A stretch of 64,000 bases of DNA from Takakia lepidozioides (lineage: Eukaryota; Plantae; Bryophyta). This document shows positions 47,325-59,531 of this stretch, piece by piece (the stretch's first letter is position 1; the number at the start of each line of letters is the position of its first letter). Position numbers and translations under genes: made by a program. The notes beneath the pieces were generated by a model. That model saw only the letters and a list, made by a program, of their open reading frames with translations, was not told the origin of the DNA and did not search any database. Location: positions 57,102,001-57,166,000 of the forward strand of contig CM060731.1 of the NCBI GenBank assembly GCA_030704615.1, given 5' to 3'.

Positions 47325-49634
47325 GGACGTGACTTTCGCGTGAGCGTGAGAGCGTACGCTCACGCGATGGTGATGTGGCGTGAGCGTGGGGTCACGTTGA
47401 CGTGGTGTGAGCATGAGGCTGACGTGTCATTATCCAGCTGAAGTGGCAGTCGTCAGAATGACGTGGCATCTGGACAACTTGCCACATGCCATGTCATCAG
47501 AAAACATATAGCACCTATAGCCGAGGGGCCTATAGCCGTGGCATTCATTCATCCAAAACACCAAAAATTAAAATGCAGGCACGACTTCTGAAAGCATTCG
47601 CATCCATTCCATTTATTCTCAAACGACTACACAAAAGAAAGAAATGGCACACATTGCACAACATAATTGGAGACTGCATTGGCACCAAATATACAAAGGT
47701 CAAGTTTCAACTCTTCTGAAATTCAGTAATGGAATTTGCAGATGACCAAAGTGAAGAGGATGCTATGTGCTCTTATCTCATGGCATAAGTGTATTCACCT
47801 CGTTGAAACTCATGGTGGCCTCGTGAATGAAGATATCGCGTCGAGGATCACAAACCATTATGTTCAAGAAAATAAAATACAAATGCTTGCAGGGTATAAA
47901 TTTTCCTGTCTTTCCCAAACTTGTTGTAAGCATGCCAACAAAATCAGGACGGGTGCAGTTGGGGAAAGTTGAAACTGTGATGTCGTACAACCGGTCGTGC
48001 ATAGCGGACGTGGAGGTCATCATAGTGTAGATTCGTCCATACCCTGGATGTGGAACTTCCGTAGTGTCTGTAACACGACCTTGAAGCATTCGAGTGGATT
48101 CCACCTTGCCGAAGTGATCGGCAGTCGGAGGGAAACGACAAACCAGCTTCCCATTTTGTTTTGTTGGCCATGCATCAGCGTTGGGTGGTGGCACTCCAAA
48201 ACTTGCTGAAGTAGAAGCACCTGCATGTACAGAGGGGGCTCGTTGAAGGGAGAAGCCTGCCTCCTCCAACATGGCAATCTCATGAGTTGTGAGATGTGTC
48301 CCCACCTTCACAGACCAAACGCTTGGTGGAGGAGGCTTCATGACAACCGATGGTCGCACAGTCCAATGCACGCACCTACCACAGTCGTTAGGGCAGAACC
48401 AAAATTTGTGGTTCTTCGCGGTTTGCCTGTAAGGCGTGAACAAACTAGTGAAGGTCGGAGCCGGAGTGCGGACCTTGCCTCTGGATATGGAGGACTTGTA
48501 TTTCTCATGATTGGTTGCTCTGATTGTCGTGCACTTCACTCCAGACCCAGCAATGGTGCGTTCTAAGTGCCAGACTTCGTCGGGGCACATAGACTCTAGC
48601 ACAGGGGGGAGCACGTTTGCCTCCTGCCCCATTGCATTCACTGTGGGAGATGGCTGCCTTTGGCTTTGTGACAAAGGATCGTCCGCACTGGATATGCCGG
48701 AAACAAACCTCTGATGAAATGCACACGCGGCATGGAGAAGTTGTCCCTGTTCGGCCCGTGGGAGTCCGCATTGGACCCAGGAGGGGTGTTCAATTTCCAT
48801 TTACAAGACCCAAATCTCTCATCACCCTCCAGATGGGAAACTCTGGACACCAGTGGAGTTCCTTCCGCACACTGCTGACAACCCTGGCAATCTTGTTCGG
48901 ATCCCCTGATCTTCTTGTTGCTCGTAACATCAACTCGGACTTGTCTAGACCCTTGCCACCAACGCCACCCCACAAAAACTCCCGATATCTCGTCTGTTGC
49001 AGTAGAGCTCAAATCAAATCATCTGCCATCGCCACATACAAATCCCGGCCCCGCTTTCCAGATTGCTGCAACCATACATTGTGCACTGTCTCCGCCAGAT
49101 TGCAAGAGGGTATGTCCGCCATCTCCTCAATTGAGAAGTGTTGCAGAATGGAAAATATCAGAAAGAGGACAGGCACACCCCACCACAAATAGACATGATT
49201 GGAAATGGATACAAACTCAATGAAATTTGCAAGTTTTCAAATCCACGCACCGTTGTCATGCATGCTCCCCATTGTCTGTACCGGAAGTGCCAAAATGCCA
49301 GCCAGTCTTCTAGCGCTCTCATACTGTCTTCTGATGCAGCCCCAGATGAGAACCACCAGGCACAAATTGTCTAAAACAATGTATTCGCCTCTCCCATGCT
49401 TTTGGCATCTTTGTACTGTTTGCATAACCTAAGATGAGTAGGCTGCATTTCCCGTTTGATGTCTGTCTTTGTATGTTTCTCAAAGGAATACGTCCAATGG
49501 AAAAGATATGTTCGCTCTCTTCCTCGCATTGGCACCTTTGGATCTCCCGATCCAAACACAATGCGAACAGCATTGAAATTTGCTTGAGCACTGTCGACCA
49601 TAAATACAACGAAATTTGGAGATGAGACACCTTG
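47325..49634 (-). mobile_element. Second copy of the same MULE family (one terminus plus the 3' half of a transposase pseudogene at 47778-49634), interrupted by a chromovirus LTR
   Basis: Terminus GGACGTGACTTTCGCGTGAGC has CGTGAGC at positions 15-21. Transposase FMVDSAQANFNAVR..., IPSCNLAETVH, WHLERT..FWFCP..., and a SWIM-like CTRPDF...PCKH, closely homologous to element 1. Confidence 0.85.
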
Positions 49635-51173
49635 TGTCGCGCACCTCACTTCGGTAAGCTCCCCTTCAAGTCATAGTTACTCGCTTTGATGCGCGCGCCT
49701 AACTCCCAACCTGGCCGCCGGGCCAACTCGGAGCTTCGGCTGCTCACCGGGACATAACGGTCCCCCTTTACTCTATCGAAAGACCCTCCATCATTTTGGG
49801 CCTAGTGGAAATTCCCTTTGGTAGATGGCAGTCCGGATTAGCTCCCCACTCCTTGGTTGCTTTCCGGCTCGCTCGCTTACTCACTAGATTTTGGTCACCA
49901 ACGGGCTTGCACCGTTCTCGGGGTTACTACTCCCTATATATACTTCTGCGACTGTCCGCAGGGGTTTCACAAACAACCATGTCATTTTATGGCGAACCAC
50001 CACGAGAACCCTCGACTCCCGGTGATGAGTCGCGGTGAGTCTTGGCCCACCCACCACGGTCCCATTGGACCGTGATGAGTCCCAAGACTCCCCACGACTC
50101 CCACCACAAGGTCTCCGCCCCCATGGTGAGTCCTATGCCACCCCCACTAAGTCTCACTAAGCTACCACCACCCCTCATGGAACCACGTCCACCGCAACCC
50201 GGTGTGCGGGGCTCCACCTAGTGAGCGCCTCCGCCTCCTTGAGTGCCTTGGGCACTCAAGGGTGCTTCCGCCCCCGCATCTATTGTTGCCACTGCCCCCA
50301 CCACAGGGGCATCCCTTCTCGTGTCCCGACCCCCTGCCCTCAAGGCGAAGGGCCGCGACACACACCCCTACCAATAGGGAGTCGATGTCCTCATCGACTT
50401 ATCCATTTTGTAGAAACGAACATCCAAGTTGTGGCGTCCCACATCAAGGAGTTTGTTTCCGTACCATGGTGTCCCATGGCAAAGAACCAAACCCCCACTT
50501 GACTCTACTCTCCACTAGCTAGTTCGGCCGACTTCCTCCAAGTCCCGGCCAAGGGTGGAGCCTCTCAAGCCCCATACCCAGTGCACTCTTCTTGGCCTAC
50601 TTCAAGGCCAAGGAACGATCCTCCCCGAGGATCGAATCGCCTTACTGCAACAACATTGCTTGTGACTGCTCATGATGCCGCTTCTGGCATCACCTTGAAC
50701 CCTTTTTGACTAGGAAGATAACCTTAAACCAACCGTGCACCCCAATCACTACAATTGGGTCCGCCTTGGAATGCTGGCCTAAGGTACGGGAACACGCCGA
50801 AGCCGCACTACGACTTCGTCCCAAGGCTACACGATTATAGTACGTGAACGGAAGCACGTAGCGTTAGCCCGCACTACAAGGCAACCCCCTCGGTAGCGCA
50901 ATTATAGTGCGCGCACGCGCCAGGTGCGCACTAGCACGAAAACTCCCAAAGAAGGCGCAAGTTTCTTTGCCCCTTGGATGGGAGTCACCCGATTTCGGCA
51001 CTACGCAAACACACAATTAATCCAATTTACCTCTCCCACTTTTGTAAGCTAGCATGCATTCTACACACTAGCCAAACAAAATAGGACGCACAACATTTCA
51101 TTTATAACAAAATTTGTACAAACAAGTTTTTGCAATCGGATTCCTGAGCTAGCTAAGCCGGGCTAAGCATGCA
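49635..51173 (-). repeat. 3' LTR of the chromovirus (about 1.54 kb)
   Basis: Follows PPT GGGGGAGGAAA. Its terminal 18 nt match 63983-64000 with 1 mismatch. Confidence 0.8.
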
Positions 51174-52975
51174 TTTCCTCCCCCACGCTCCAAGGTTGAT
51201 GTCCCCATCAACGCTTCTTTTGCTTTGGAGGTCGCCCTTCGAAAGCTGCAATCGCCTCGGATGCGTTTCCTATTTTCTGAGGCACGCACCCAAGATGCCT
51301 CTACATGATGATAGCCCTTCCATTTCACGAGATACTCCGTTTCTTGATTCTTGAACCTCCTCGTCTTAAGCACTATCTCCACCTCGTACTCAGGTTGATT
51401 TTCATGGTCCAACAGCACAGGTGGCGGACGCAACACTTGATGCCGATTCGGATGCGCTGCATATTTGAAGTAAGGCTTCAAAAATGAGACGTGGAATACC
51501 GGATGCACCTTGTTGTTTGTCAGCAGCTCCAATTCATACACATCCTCATTCATAACCTTCCGGATACGAAAGGGCCCCGCATACGGAGGTACGAACTTCA
51601 GACTCACTTCCGGAGGTAGTCGACAATTCTTGATGTTCAACCAGACCTCTGTGCCTGCCTCAAACTTAACTTCCCTCCGCTTCCGATTCGCTTGCCGTTC
51701 ATACCGTTTCATGGCTTTGGCAATTTTGTACTTTGCGAGCTTCAATAAACGCTCACGTTCATCCAGCACCGCTGCTGCTGCCAGTTCCTCAACGTCTTGG
51801 GCGGCCCAACTTGTCGGCACCAGAGGTGCTTTTCCATAGACCAATACAAAAGGGGAAACTCCCATTGCGGAGTGTTTTGTGTTATTATAACAGAACTCTG
51901 CCGCATCCAAGTGCTCCACCCAGTCCGATTGGTCTGCCGACACGTAATTCCACAAAATCTGCTTCACTACGGAATTCACCCTTTCCATTTGGCCGTCTGT
52001 CGTAGGTCGGAAAGCGGTGCTCATCTTGAGCCTTGTCTCCATTTTCTTCCAAAGTGCCCTCCAAAATTTACTCGTAAACTTTGGATCGCGGTCCGAGACA
52101 ATATCCTTCGGAAGTCCATGATGCTTGAAGACATGGGCGAAGTAAAGTCGCCCCGTCTCCTGCGCCGTTGCTGTCTCCAACGGCATAACAGTCATGACAT
52201 CCATCGAGACACTTTCCCAAGACCCCTCTGGAATCGGCAAGGGTTGTAACATCCCTACTTGCTTTTTGTACTCGCTCCGGTTTTGTTGGCATGTGGTGCA
52301 TGTCTTGACATACTCCTCGGCCTCCTCCCCCAGTTTGGGCCAGAAATACTCTTTCTTCAAGAGTGCCGTGGTGCGCTTGGCTCCGCCGTGGCCCGCAAGC
52401 GGGCCATCATGACATTCTCTCAAAAGACTATCTCTGATCCCTCTCTTCGGTACGTAGAGACGCTTTTGCTTATACCGGAGCAGTCCATTTTGCAAGTGAA
52501 ATTGCGATTTAACCCCCATCCTCAAGTCCCGCATCATGGACTTCGCCATCTCATCCTTCCGGTAAGCCTTCCGGATCTTCCTTTGGAGCGTCGTCTCGCG
52601 CTTGTACACCAACATGAGCTGTTGCTTTCTACTTAAAGCATCGGCCACCACGTTGTTCCGTCCCGGTTTGTACTGGATATCCACGTCGAACAGTGCCAAA
52701 GTGTCTTGTCACCTAATTTGTTTTGGGAACTTAGGCTGCGTGGCAAAATACTTCACCGTGACATTGTCCGTGAACACCTTCACCGGGTTGGAACCAATAT
52801 AGTGGCGCCAAAGCTCAAGGCAATGCACCACCGCCTTCATTTCTTTCTCGTGCATAGGCCACCGTCGCTCCACTTCATTCAGTTTCTTACTTTCGTAAGC
52901 CACTGGACGTATCCTGCATGAGTACACCCCCAATTGCGAAGTCTGACGCATCTATATGGATCTCAAATGGACGGT
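51149..52975 (-). pseudogene. pol: Pol 3' part: RNase H, integrase and chromodomain
   Basis: RPFEIHIDASDFAIG, PVAYESKKL, YKPGRNNVVADALSR, CHD..AGH..C..C, IVSDRDPKFTS, YAGPF; chromodomain EYEVEIVLKTR...EYLVKWKGY...SW. Confidence 0.92.
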
Positions 52976-55900
52976 GAGGTTAGTTATTTCATGAGCATGA
53001 GCGGCATGAGTGGCATGAGCGGAGTAGTAAGACAATCGGTTTTCATGAGCAGAAGTACAAATTCTGGAATTTTTTTTTAAAACATTATTTTAATGGAATA
53101 TGTCAGAAAAAGCCAATATAATATTCATTGTTTGAAGTAGAAATTGTAGTTTTGAGAGCAGTGCTCATGATATTTCGTCTTCCGCTCATGCAAATTCCGA
53201 GCGACATCTGCAAAAATGGCGCCAAATTTCACGGTAATAGGTTCCGCAAACGGAGAAATCGACGACGTATTGCGCGGTAATAGGTGTCTCCGGCGAAAAA
53301 TGGTGCCGAATTTCGCGGTTATAGGTCCCAACTTCATTGAAGTGTAAGCCCAAAATTTGGAAATGTGGCGCCGAATTTCGGTACATGGTGCCGGACATTG
53401 CACAAATGTTGGGCAGTTCTGGCCATGTAACTGGAAATTCGGCGCCATTTTTCCAGACATCGTTCCCGTACATGTTGGGACTTAGCCAGTTTTCGGCCCA
53501 AAATAGGGAAATTCAGCGCCATTTTTCCAGAAATGGCCCCCTCAACTGCAACTGTTGGAACTCAGTTTTCTGGAAGATTTGCAAATTTTTCCTGCCACCA
53601 TCTTTGTATTGATTCTCTTTCGACATTGAATTGCCACTGGACGTCAACGGATATCCAGCAGTCCATAGTGTTTGAAAGACATCACTTTAATATTGTCTAT
53701 CTCATTCCAGGAGTTTTGGGGTGCAATTCATTACACTGCAAAACAAAGTCTAATGCATCAAAATGCAATTGCAAATATCCATATGGTGGATTCCCTTTGC
53801 CCCATCAATGATTTCTGGAATCCCGGCAGATGAGTTTGTGCAGCTCGTTTACACTCAACACTGGGGCATGAATAAAGTCATCAATAGTCATGTTCATCCT
53901 CAACCTCTTCAGGTAAATGTAATACAGATGCTTGCACGGATAATACTTTGACCCCTTCTTTGCTTCCATCAACGAGAAGTCCGTACAATTGCAAGTCGGC
54001 TCCACTCCAATCGTAATTGTGTATACGTCGTCGCGTACAGCTGAGCCGGCCGTTGCCATCCGATAAACACGCCCAAGGCCGGGTGGGGGTATGTCCACGG
54101 AGCTCTGAATAGTGCAAGCCATCCCAAGAGCATTGGCAATGCGAGTCTCATTCAACTTGTTGGGAGGGTGTCGTCTCTTCACTCTTCCAAATTGCATTGT
54201 GGGATGTGCAGAATTGTCCAATCCGTCTCTACTGGACCGAGCAGTCTGCAATGGCTGGGTCTGAGGAACTGGAAACGATTGGGCCGGGACGTCTGTGCGT
54301 TGCACCATTCGAAATCCTGCTACACAAAGAGCATCCGCCTCATTCTGAGAGAGGTTGCAACCCGGTGCAACAGGCCAGACGCCCGGAGGCTCCGACATTC
54401 CCTGAATCCCGTACTTGGGCTTGCCAAATACACAGGTCATTATGTCGTGCCTACAGAACCAAAACGTCTGTGTTGTGGCGTGAGAGAATGTGGGAGTCAA
54501 AAATCTGCCGCTGAAACAAGGTGCAGGTACAACACCGTGTGGGTTCCTCCGAATCATCTCACCACAGCGTGCTCTCGTATCCACCTGGATGGTGCAGCAC
54601 TTCCCTCAAAATGCCGGTAATGTCCTTGCAATTCTCCACTGTGACTCCGACACTCTTGTCTCCACAATGGGTATGTTGTACTGCGTTACTACAGATGGTT
54701 CGTTCTGTTCCTCGGGCACGTGCCCTGTGCTCAAAGGAGATGACGATCTTGAACGTGCAGGACTTGCGGTGCTCGACGAGTCCTCCTCGGGCAACATCAC
54801 GGGACCACGAGGGAGCGTGCGAATATTCTTGTTAGCTCGCCATGAATCATTTTCTCCGCCAGGTGCCTCGTCAAGTCTTTGTCTCACTGGACGGGTGTGA
54901 ACATCTCCTTCCAAGTGTTGGCCTCTTCGAAGCAATGGCGTGTCCCGAAGGCCCTCTCGCAAGGCCGCCGCCCACTTGCGAGGATTCTTTAATCTGGAGG
55001 CAGTCCGCATCAGCATTTCTTGCCTGTCCGGCCCCAAGCCCCACTATTTCCCTTTCAAGAACTCGTTGTACCTGCATTGCTGCATAATTGACCTCACAAT
55101 GTCCTCCATTGTGGCAGTGAGGATGTCCACCAGATGCGCCGCAGAGGAGGCACGCCAGGAAGAATGCTTGTCTTCGGCCATGTTTGTTGTCGGCATGTCG
55201 GTGTCGGAGTCCAGGCACATTTCCTGCACATGCACATGTTGAGGTTACAAGCAAGTTACAAATAATGAGTAGCATAATATTCAACGGGACGCGAATTCGT
55301 CCAACTCACCTCCCACATATAGTCGCCAAACTGGAGGAAACGATAATGCCACCATGCTAGCCAACTGACCATTGCTCCCTCGTCTGATTTCTTTACAGCA
55401 CCTGACGTTGTCCACCAAGCCCGTATACATGCAAACTGTGTCTCTACATCATCCAAGGTGGGAGCACGCTTCCACGCAAGACACATGGAACGGTGCTCCT
55501 CTCTGAAATCTGGCACCACGAGCCGGGATGTGTATTGCGACAAGCTCTGCAAAAAATGGAACCCACAAGATCTCTCCTTGCCTTCCATCGGAACATTGGG
55601 GTCTTCCCCGTATACCCTTCGGATGGCAGCCCAATTTGCTTGTGCGTTGTCCGCCATGAAACCACGGAAATTGGGAGGGGGCAATCCCGCCCTGGCCATC
55701 TGTTCGTTTATTCCCTGCCAAAGAAGCGTCTCCGATTGTGTGCTCTCTCTTTTCATCTCACAAATAGCAATTGTCATTAGTATCCTGCAGTGGGTGTCGT
55801 AGACATGTGCAGCCATTGTCACCCACTGGTGATTTGTAATTCGCTTGATATGGTCGAACATGACCCAACTGTTTGACGAGTCCCCACTCGTCATCCGGTC

Positions 55901-58390
55901 GACCAGTTCGACGCCGCTGCATGCCCACACGTGGACATTTTGAATACAAAACAACGATCTGCCTCAGTCCCTTGTCCATGAAACCTATTTCCATGAATGT
56001 AGTCATATCCACATCGTCGCTTCACCTCCAGAACGGAGTGCATATTCGAGCCACGCCCAATTTTCTGTTTGCAGGAGACAATGTGGTTTCGGACATTCGG
56101 TGAACAAACGTGGGACACTGACTCCAGCAATGCCTCCATTTCCTTCTCATCGAGAGGAACTCTGTCGGAGCCGTCTTCCGACATAATTCTGGCCAATGTC
56201 ATCTTATGGACGGTTTGCAGTTGTATCTGTTTGGGTTTGGCACTAGGTCTCAACTTAACCTCCTCCTGAACGAGCTGCTCTGCCTCGTGGGCAGCCTCCC
56301 GCGAGTTCCCCCTCGCCAATTTGTGACAATGGGAACCAACGTGTATGCAAGCTCGTGTGAGGTCAGGGAAACGGTGCAACACATAGAACTGCTTGGCATT
56401 ACAAACAGACATGCAATGTGGTGGTTCTTTGCAATGCGCACACTTAAATGTGGAGTTTGGAACCTTCTCCTGAGCTCGAAATGGTTGATGAGCTGTGCCT
56501 GTCCAATCCGTCTCGTTCCTGTGACCTCTGGATTTAAAGTGGAAGCAAGTTGGGGAGAAACACCGCAATGCGCCCGCACAAACAACGTAGCGCACCCGCA
56601 CACCATGGAGCATCTTCATGCTGGTGGTTTTGATGACGCACCAAGGATGACCGTCATGTTTTCTATCTATATCTGTCAACATTCCGGACGCCCTCGAATA
56701 GTCCGTTCGAGGAGGGAACTCAAAGAACATATTACCGTCAAAGTCTGTGGGAAGGCATGTAACGGATTTAATTGCGAACTTGCTGTAGTCCGGCCCAACC
56801 AGCTCCGAGCGGTGTCCCTCCATGTGAAGCCCTCGCAAAATTTCAAGAATGGATCGAACTGCTGTGTTCGTGCTGGGAATATGACCCCCTCGTCCGCTGA
56901 TGTACATTGAGGACTTGCTTGATCTCCAGGATGATCTCGGAACTTCCATGACCTCGTCGGAGTCGGACAGGTTGTGAACAACCCGGTTCTCGCTCGTCTT
57001 CATTGATGGGTTCGGCTCTAGATTTACTTCGTTGCGGACTTCTCTCTTTGAGGTACCCACTCTCTGATTCGCGGACTGTTTCGTGGAAGGTGCCAGGATA
57101 GAAGGCGCATTTGGCTGGCAAATGAAGTCCCCAACAGCCCTGTATATGACGCTGTCCGATGGTGGAACTCGCCATTCCCTGCCGTCGCCGAAATCATCAT
57201 GGAGCACAACAATACTTTCGACTACAACTCCATTTGAATCCTTCATTTCCTCCTCCAAAAATACCAACCCCGGTTTCAGGTGGTATTGAACGCAGAGATA
57301 TTTCTCCATCACCCGACAGATCTACCCTCTGCACGGAAATGTAGCTCTATGCTCATGAGGAGGGCAGTACACTATAGCGCTTGGGTTATCTGCCACGGGA
57401 GATGTGCACACAAGACTGCCAGGACGGCGTTCGGACAAGTGCCCTGGGAGAAGGGGGGATGCAACAAGGGGAAGGAATGCAGGGCCGATTTTTGCCAGCG
57501 ACGAAGCCTATTCACGAATCCAGGGAGCCCACTCTCCTGAAAATCCACTGTCAAAGAGTTAATGAACCTTGTCTGCAGAATGCGGCCCCTGGCCTTTGCG
57601 CAATAACTGCCAACGGTATGCAGTCAAAAGGTATATGACCTGTGCAGATGCGCTGCGCAAACCAATCATTACGGCGTCTGACAAGAAGCGGGCAGCTCTG
57701 GAAAATGCTGCTTCTGCATGTGATTCTTAGGGATTGCTTGGGTTTGTTTTCATTGTTGTTCCATGCCACTCCATACTTGGTTTTGTTTTGTTTTTGTTGT
57801 TCCACGATTGTTGCGATGGTGGTTGCGATGCTCGTTGCGATGGTGGTTTTCATTGCGATGTTGGTTGTCACGATTGTTGGGGATGACAGAGTGACGACGA
57901 GCCCGATACGCTGGTGGTATCATCGATAGCTCCAACTGCTCGAGCAGTCACTCCAAAAGCCGCTACTCATCGCATGTTTGGATCACCCAACTTGGGGCGG
58001 GAGGGCAAACTAAATCCTTTTGTTGGTGGACGGGAGGACCTGCAGCTTATGACAGAATAGGCATTCGGGAGGTTGGTGCAGGCGGCATGGCAGGTGAAGG
58101 GCGTCGGATGAGGACAGCAGATCCGGCAATGGAGGAAGTTGATGCACATGCAGTAGGGCCCGCCCACGCAAAGAAGAAGAAGAAAGCCAATCACATGCAA
58201 TCCCCGGCGAGAGAGCCGTCACGGGCTGCAGAGGGGGGAGTGAGCAAGGTGCGCGAGGGTGTCAGTTCGCCTCAATCAAAGGTGGTCATCCTGGAGGCCT
58301 CCCCTGCTGCTACCCCTAGTAAGAAAAAGAAGGCCCGTGAGAGGGCAAAAGAACAGGCGAGACAGAAGGCTAGCCAGGAGGCAAGAGAAA
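52976..58390 (-). mobile_element. Third, more divergent MULE of the same clade, inserted in the chromovirus pol; other end lost
   Basis: Terminus GAGGTTAGTTATTTCATGAGC has the same spacing, with CATGAGC repeats, and directly abuts RNase H codons. The right boundary is approximate. Confidence 0.75.
53805..57312 (-). pseudogene. MULE transposase (GCM-like, DDE, SWIM), frameshifted
   Basis: CAGALRCFSPTC...CAHC...CIHVGSHCH; WVMFDH...FMADNAQAN...SCGFHF; NMAEDKH; SWIM CNCTDF...PCKH. Intron at the same position as in element 1 (about 55290-55225). Confidence 0.88.
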
Positions 58391-58825
58391 ATGCCACTGA
58401 AGAGGCCAGGGGTGTCGAAATGACAGATGCCCATGTAAGCAAGGGATGCACAGAGACGGTGGATCCCTCCAAGACACCACAAACAGGCAGTAACACTTTG
58501 CAACCCTGGATCGGATTGGGCTTCTTGTACTTGCCCATGGGCAATGAAAGGCAATTTGTGCAAACACCAAGTGAAAGTGCTGAAGTTGCTTCATCCCGAC
58601 TTGCAGGATGGACTCATACTGCGTGCATGTGGCATGGCGCTCGGAACCATACATGAAGGATTGCATAATCTGATGTTGGATACAACGACTGTCGCGATGG
58701 ACAGACCTGTGGAGGATTGTGACTTTGCACCCCTCGAGGAACCCGCGTTGGGCGGGACCCTAGTAGACAACATACTCACACAACAAAACAATGTTATGCC
58801 ATCATATTCCATGCAGAGAAATTAA
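58390..58825 (+). pseudogene. SWIM zinc-finger 3' fragment of a different MULE-type transposase
   Basis: Manual translation upstream of ORF 58544 gives NPGSDWASCTCPWAMKGNLCKHQVKVL (CxC-x7-CxH). Confidence 0.7.
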
Positions 58826-59531
58826 AGGTCCACAATCTGCTTGAGAGTGCATACATGTTTGCATCATTAACAGCCTGGAAGTGCATTCCATCAGAGCTCA
58901 GAGCGCCCCACCGTCCAGTTGCGGAAGACTGGGCATTTTGCTCAACAGACCGCGGAAATGGCCAAACAGACTACTAAGCAGACTACACAAGTACAGAATA
59001 ACACTGCCAAGTCTGTTGATGGTTTTCGGCTAACAAACTGGGTGGTCCAGCAGACATACAGTATGGATTGACTGTGTGGTCTTCTGCACTGTCCATCGGA
59101 CTGCTCCCACGGAGCGTACTTGCCCAGACACGGAGCCCAACTGCACACATATAAACTATGCATCAAAGTGCCACACACTCTGCCGAGCAGACTGATGAGC
59201 GGCCAGCACACTGCGCGACAAACTTCTCAGCATGCAACAAACTAGCCGGCAGACTGCTCAGCTGCCAGCAGACTGCGCGGCAGACTGGTCAAACAGACGG
59301 AGACTGCTGTAGTCTGCTAACAATAGTTAATAGTAAAACCAAGTAGTTTGCCCCAAGTGAGGACGTGGGGTGGTTGTCTACTGGACTGTATTGTTCAGCC
59401 ATTGCACGACTTCTTTTGACAAACTTACATAGGTGGGAACAATATGAGTGCATGTAGGCCTTCATCTCAGAAAATATTACATACATTCAGAATGTGAATT
59501 GAAACAACATTGAATGTATATATTTATTTCC

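Noticed and set aside
49796-50522. GC-rich ORFs
   Set aside because: They lie inside the chromovirus LTR and show no protein motifs.
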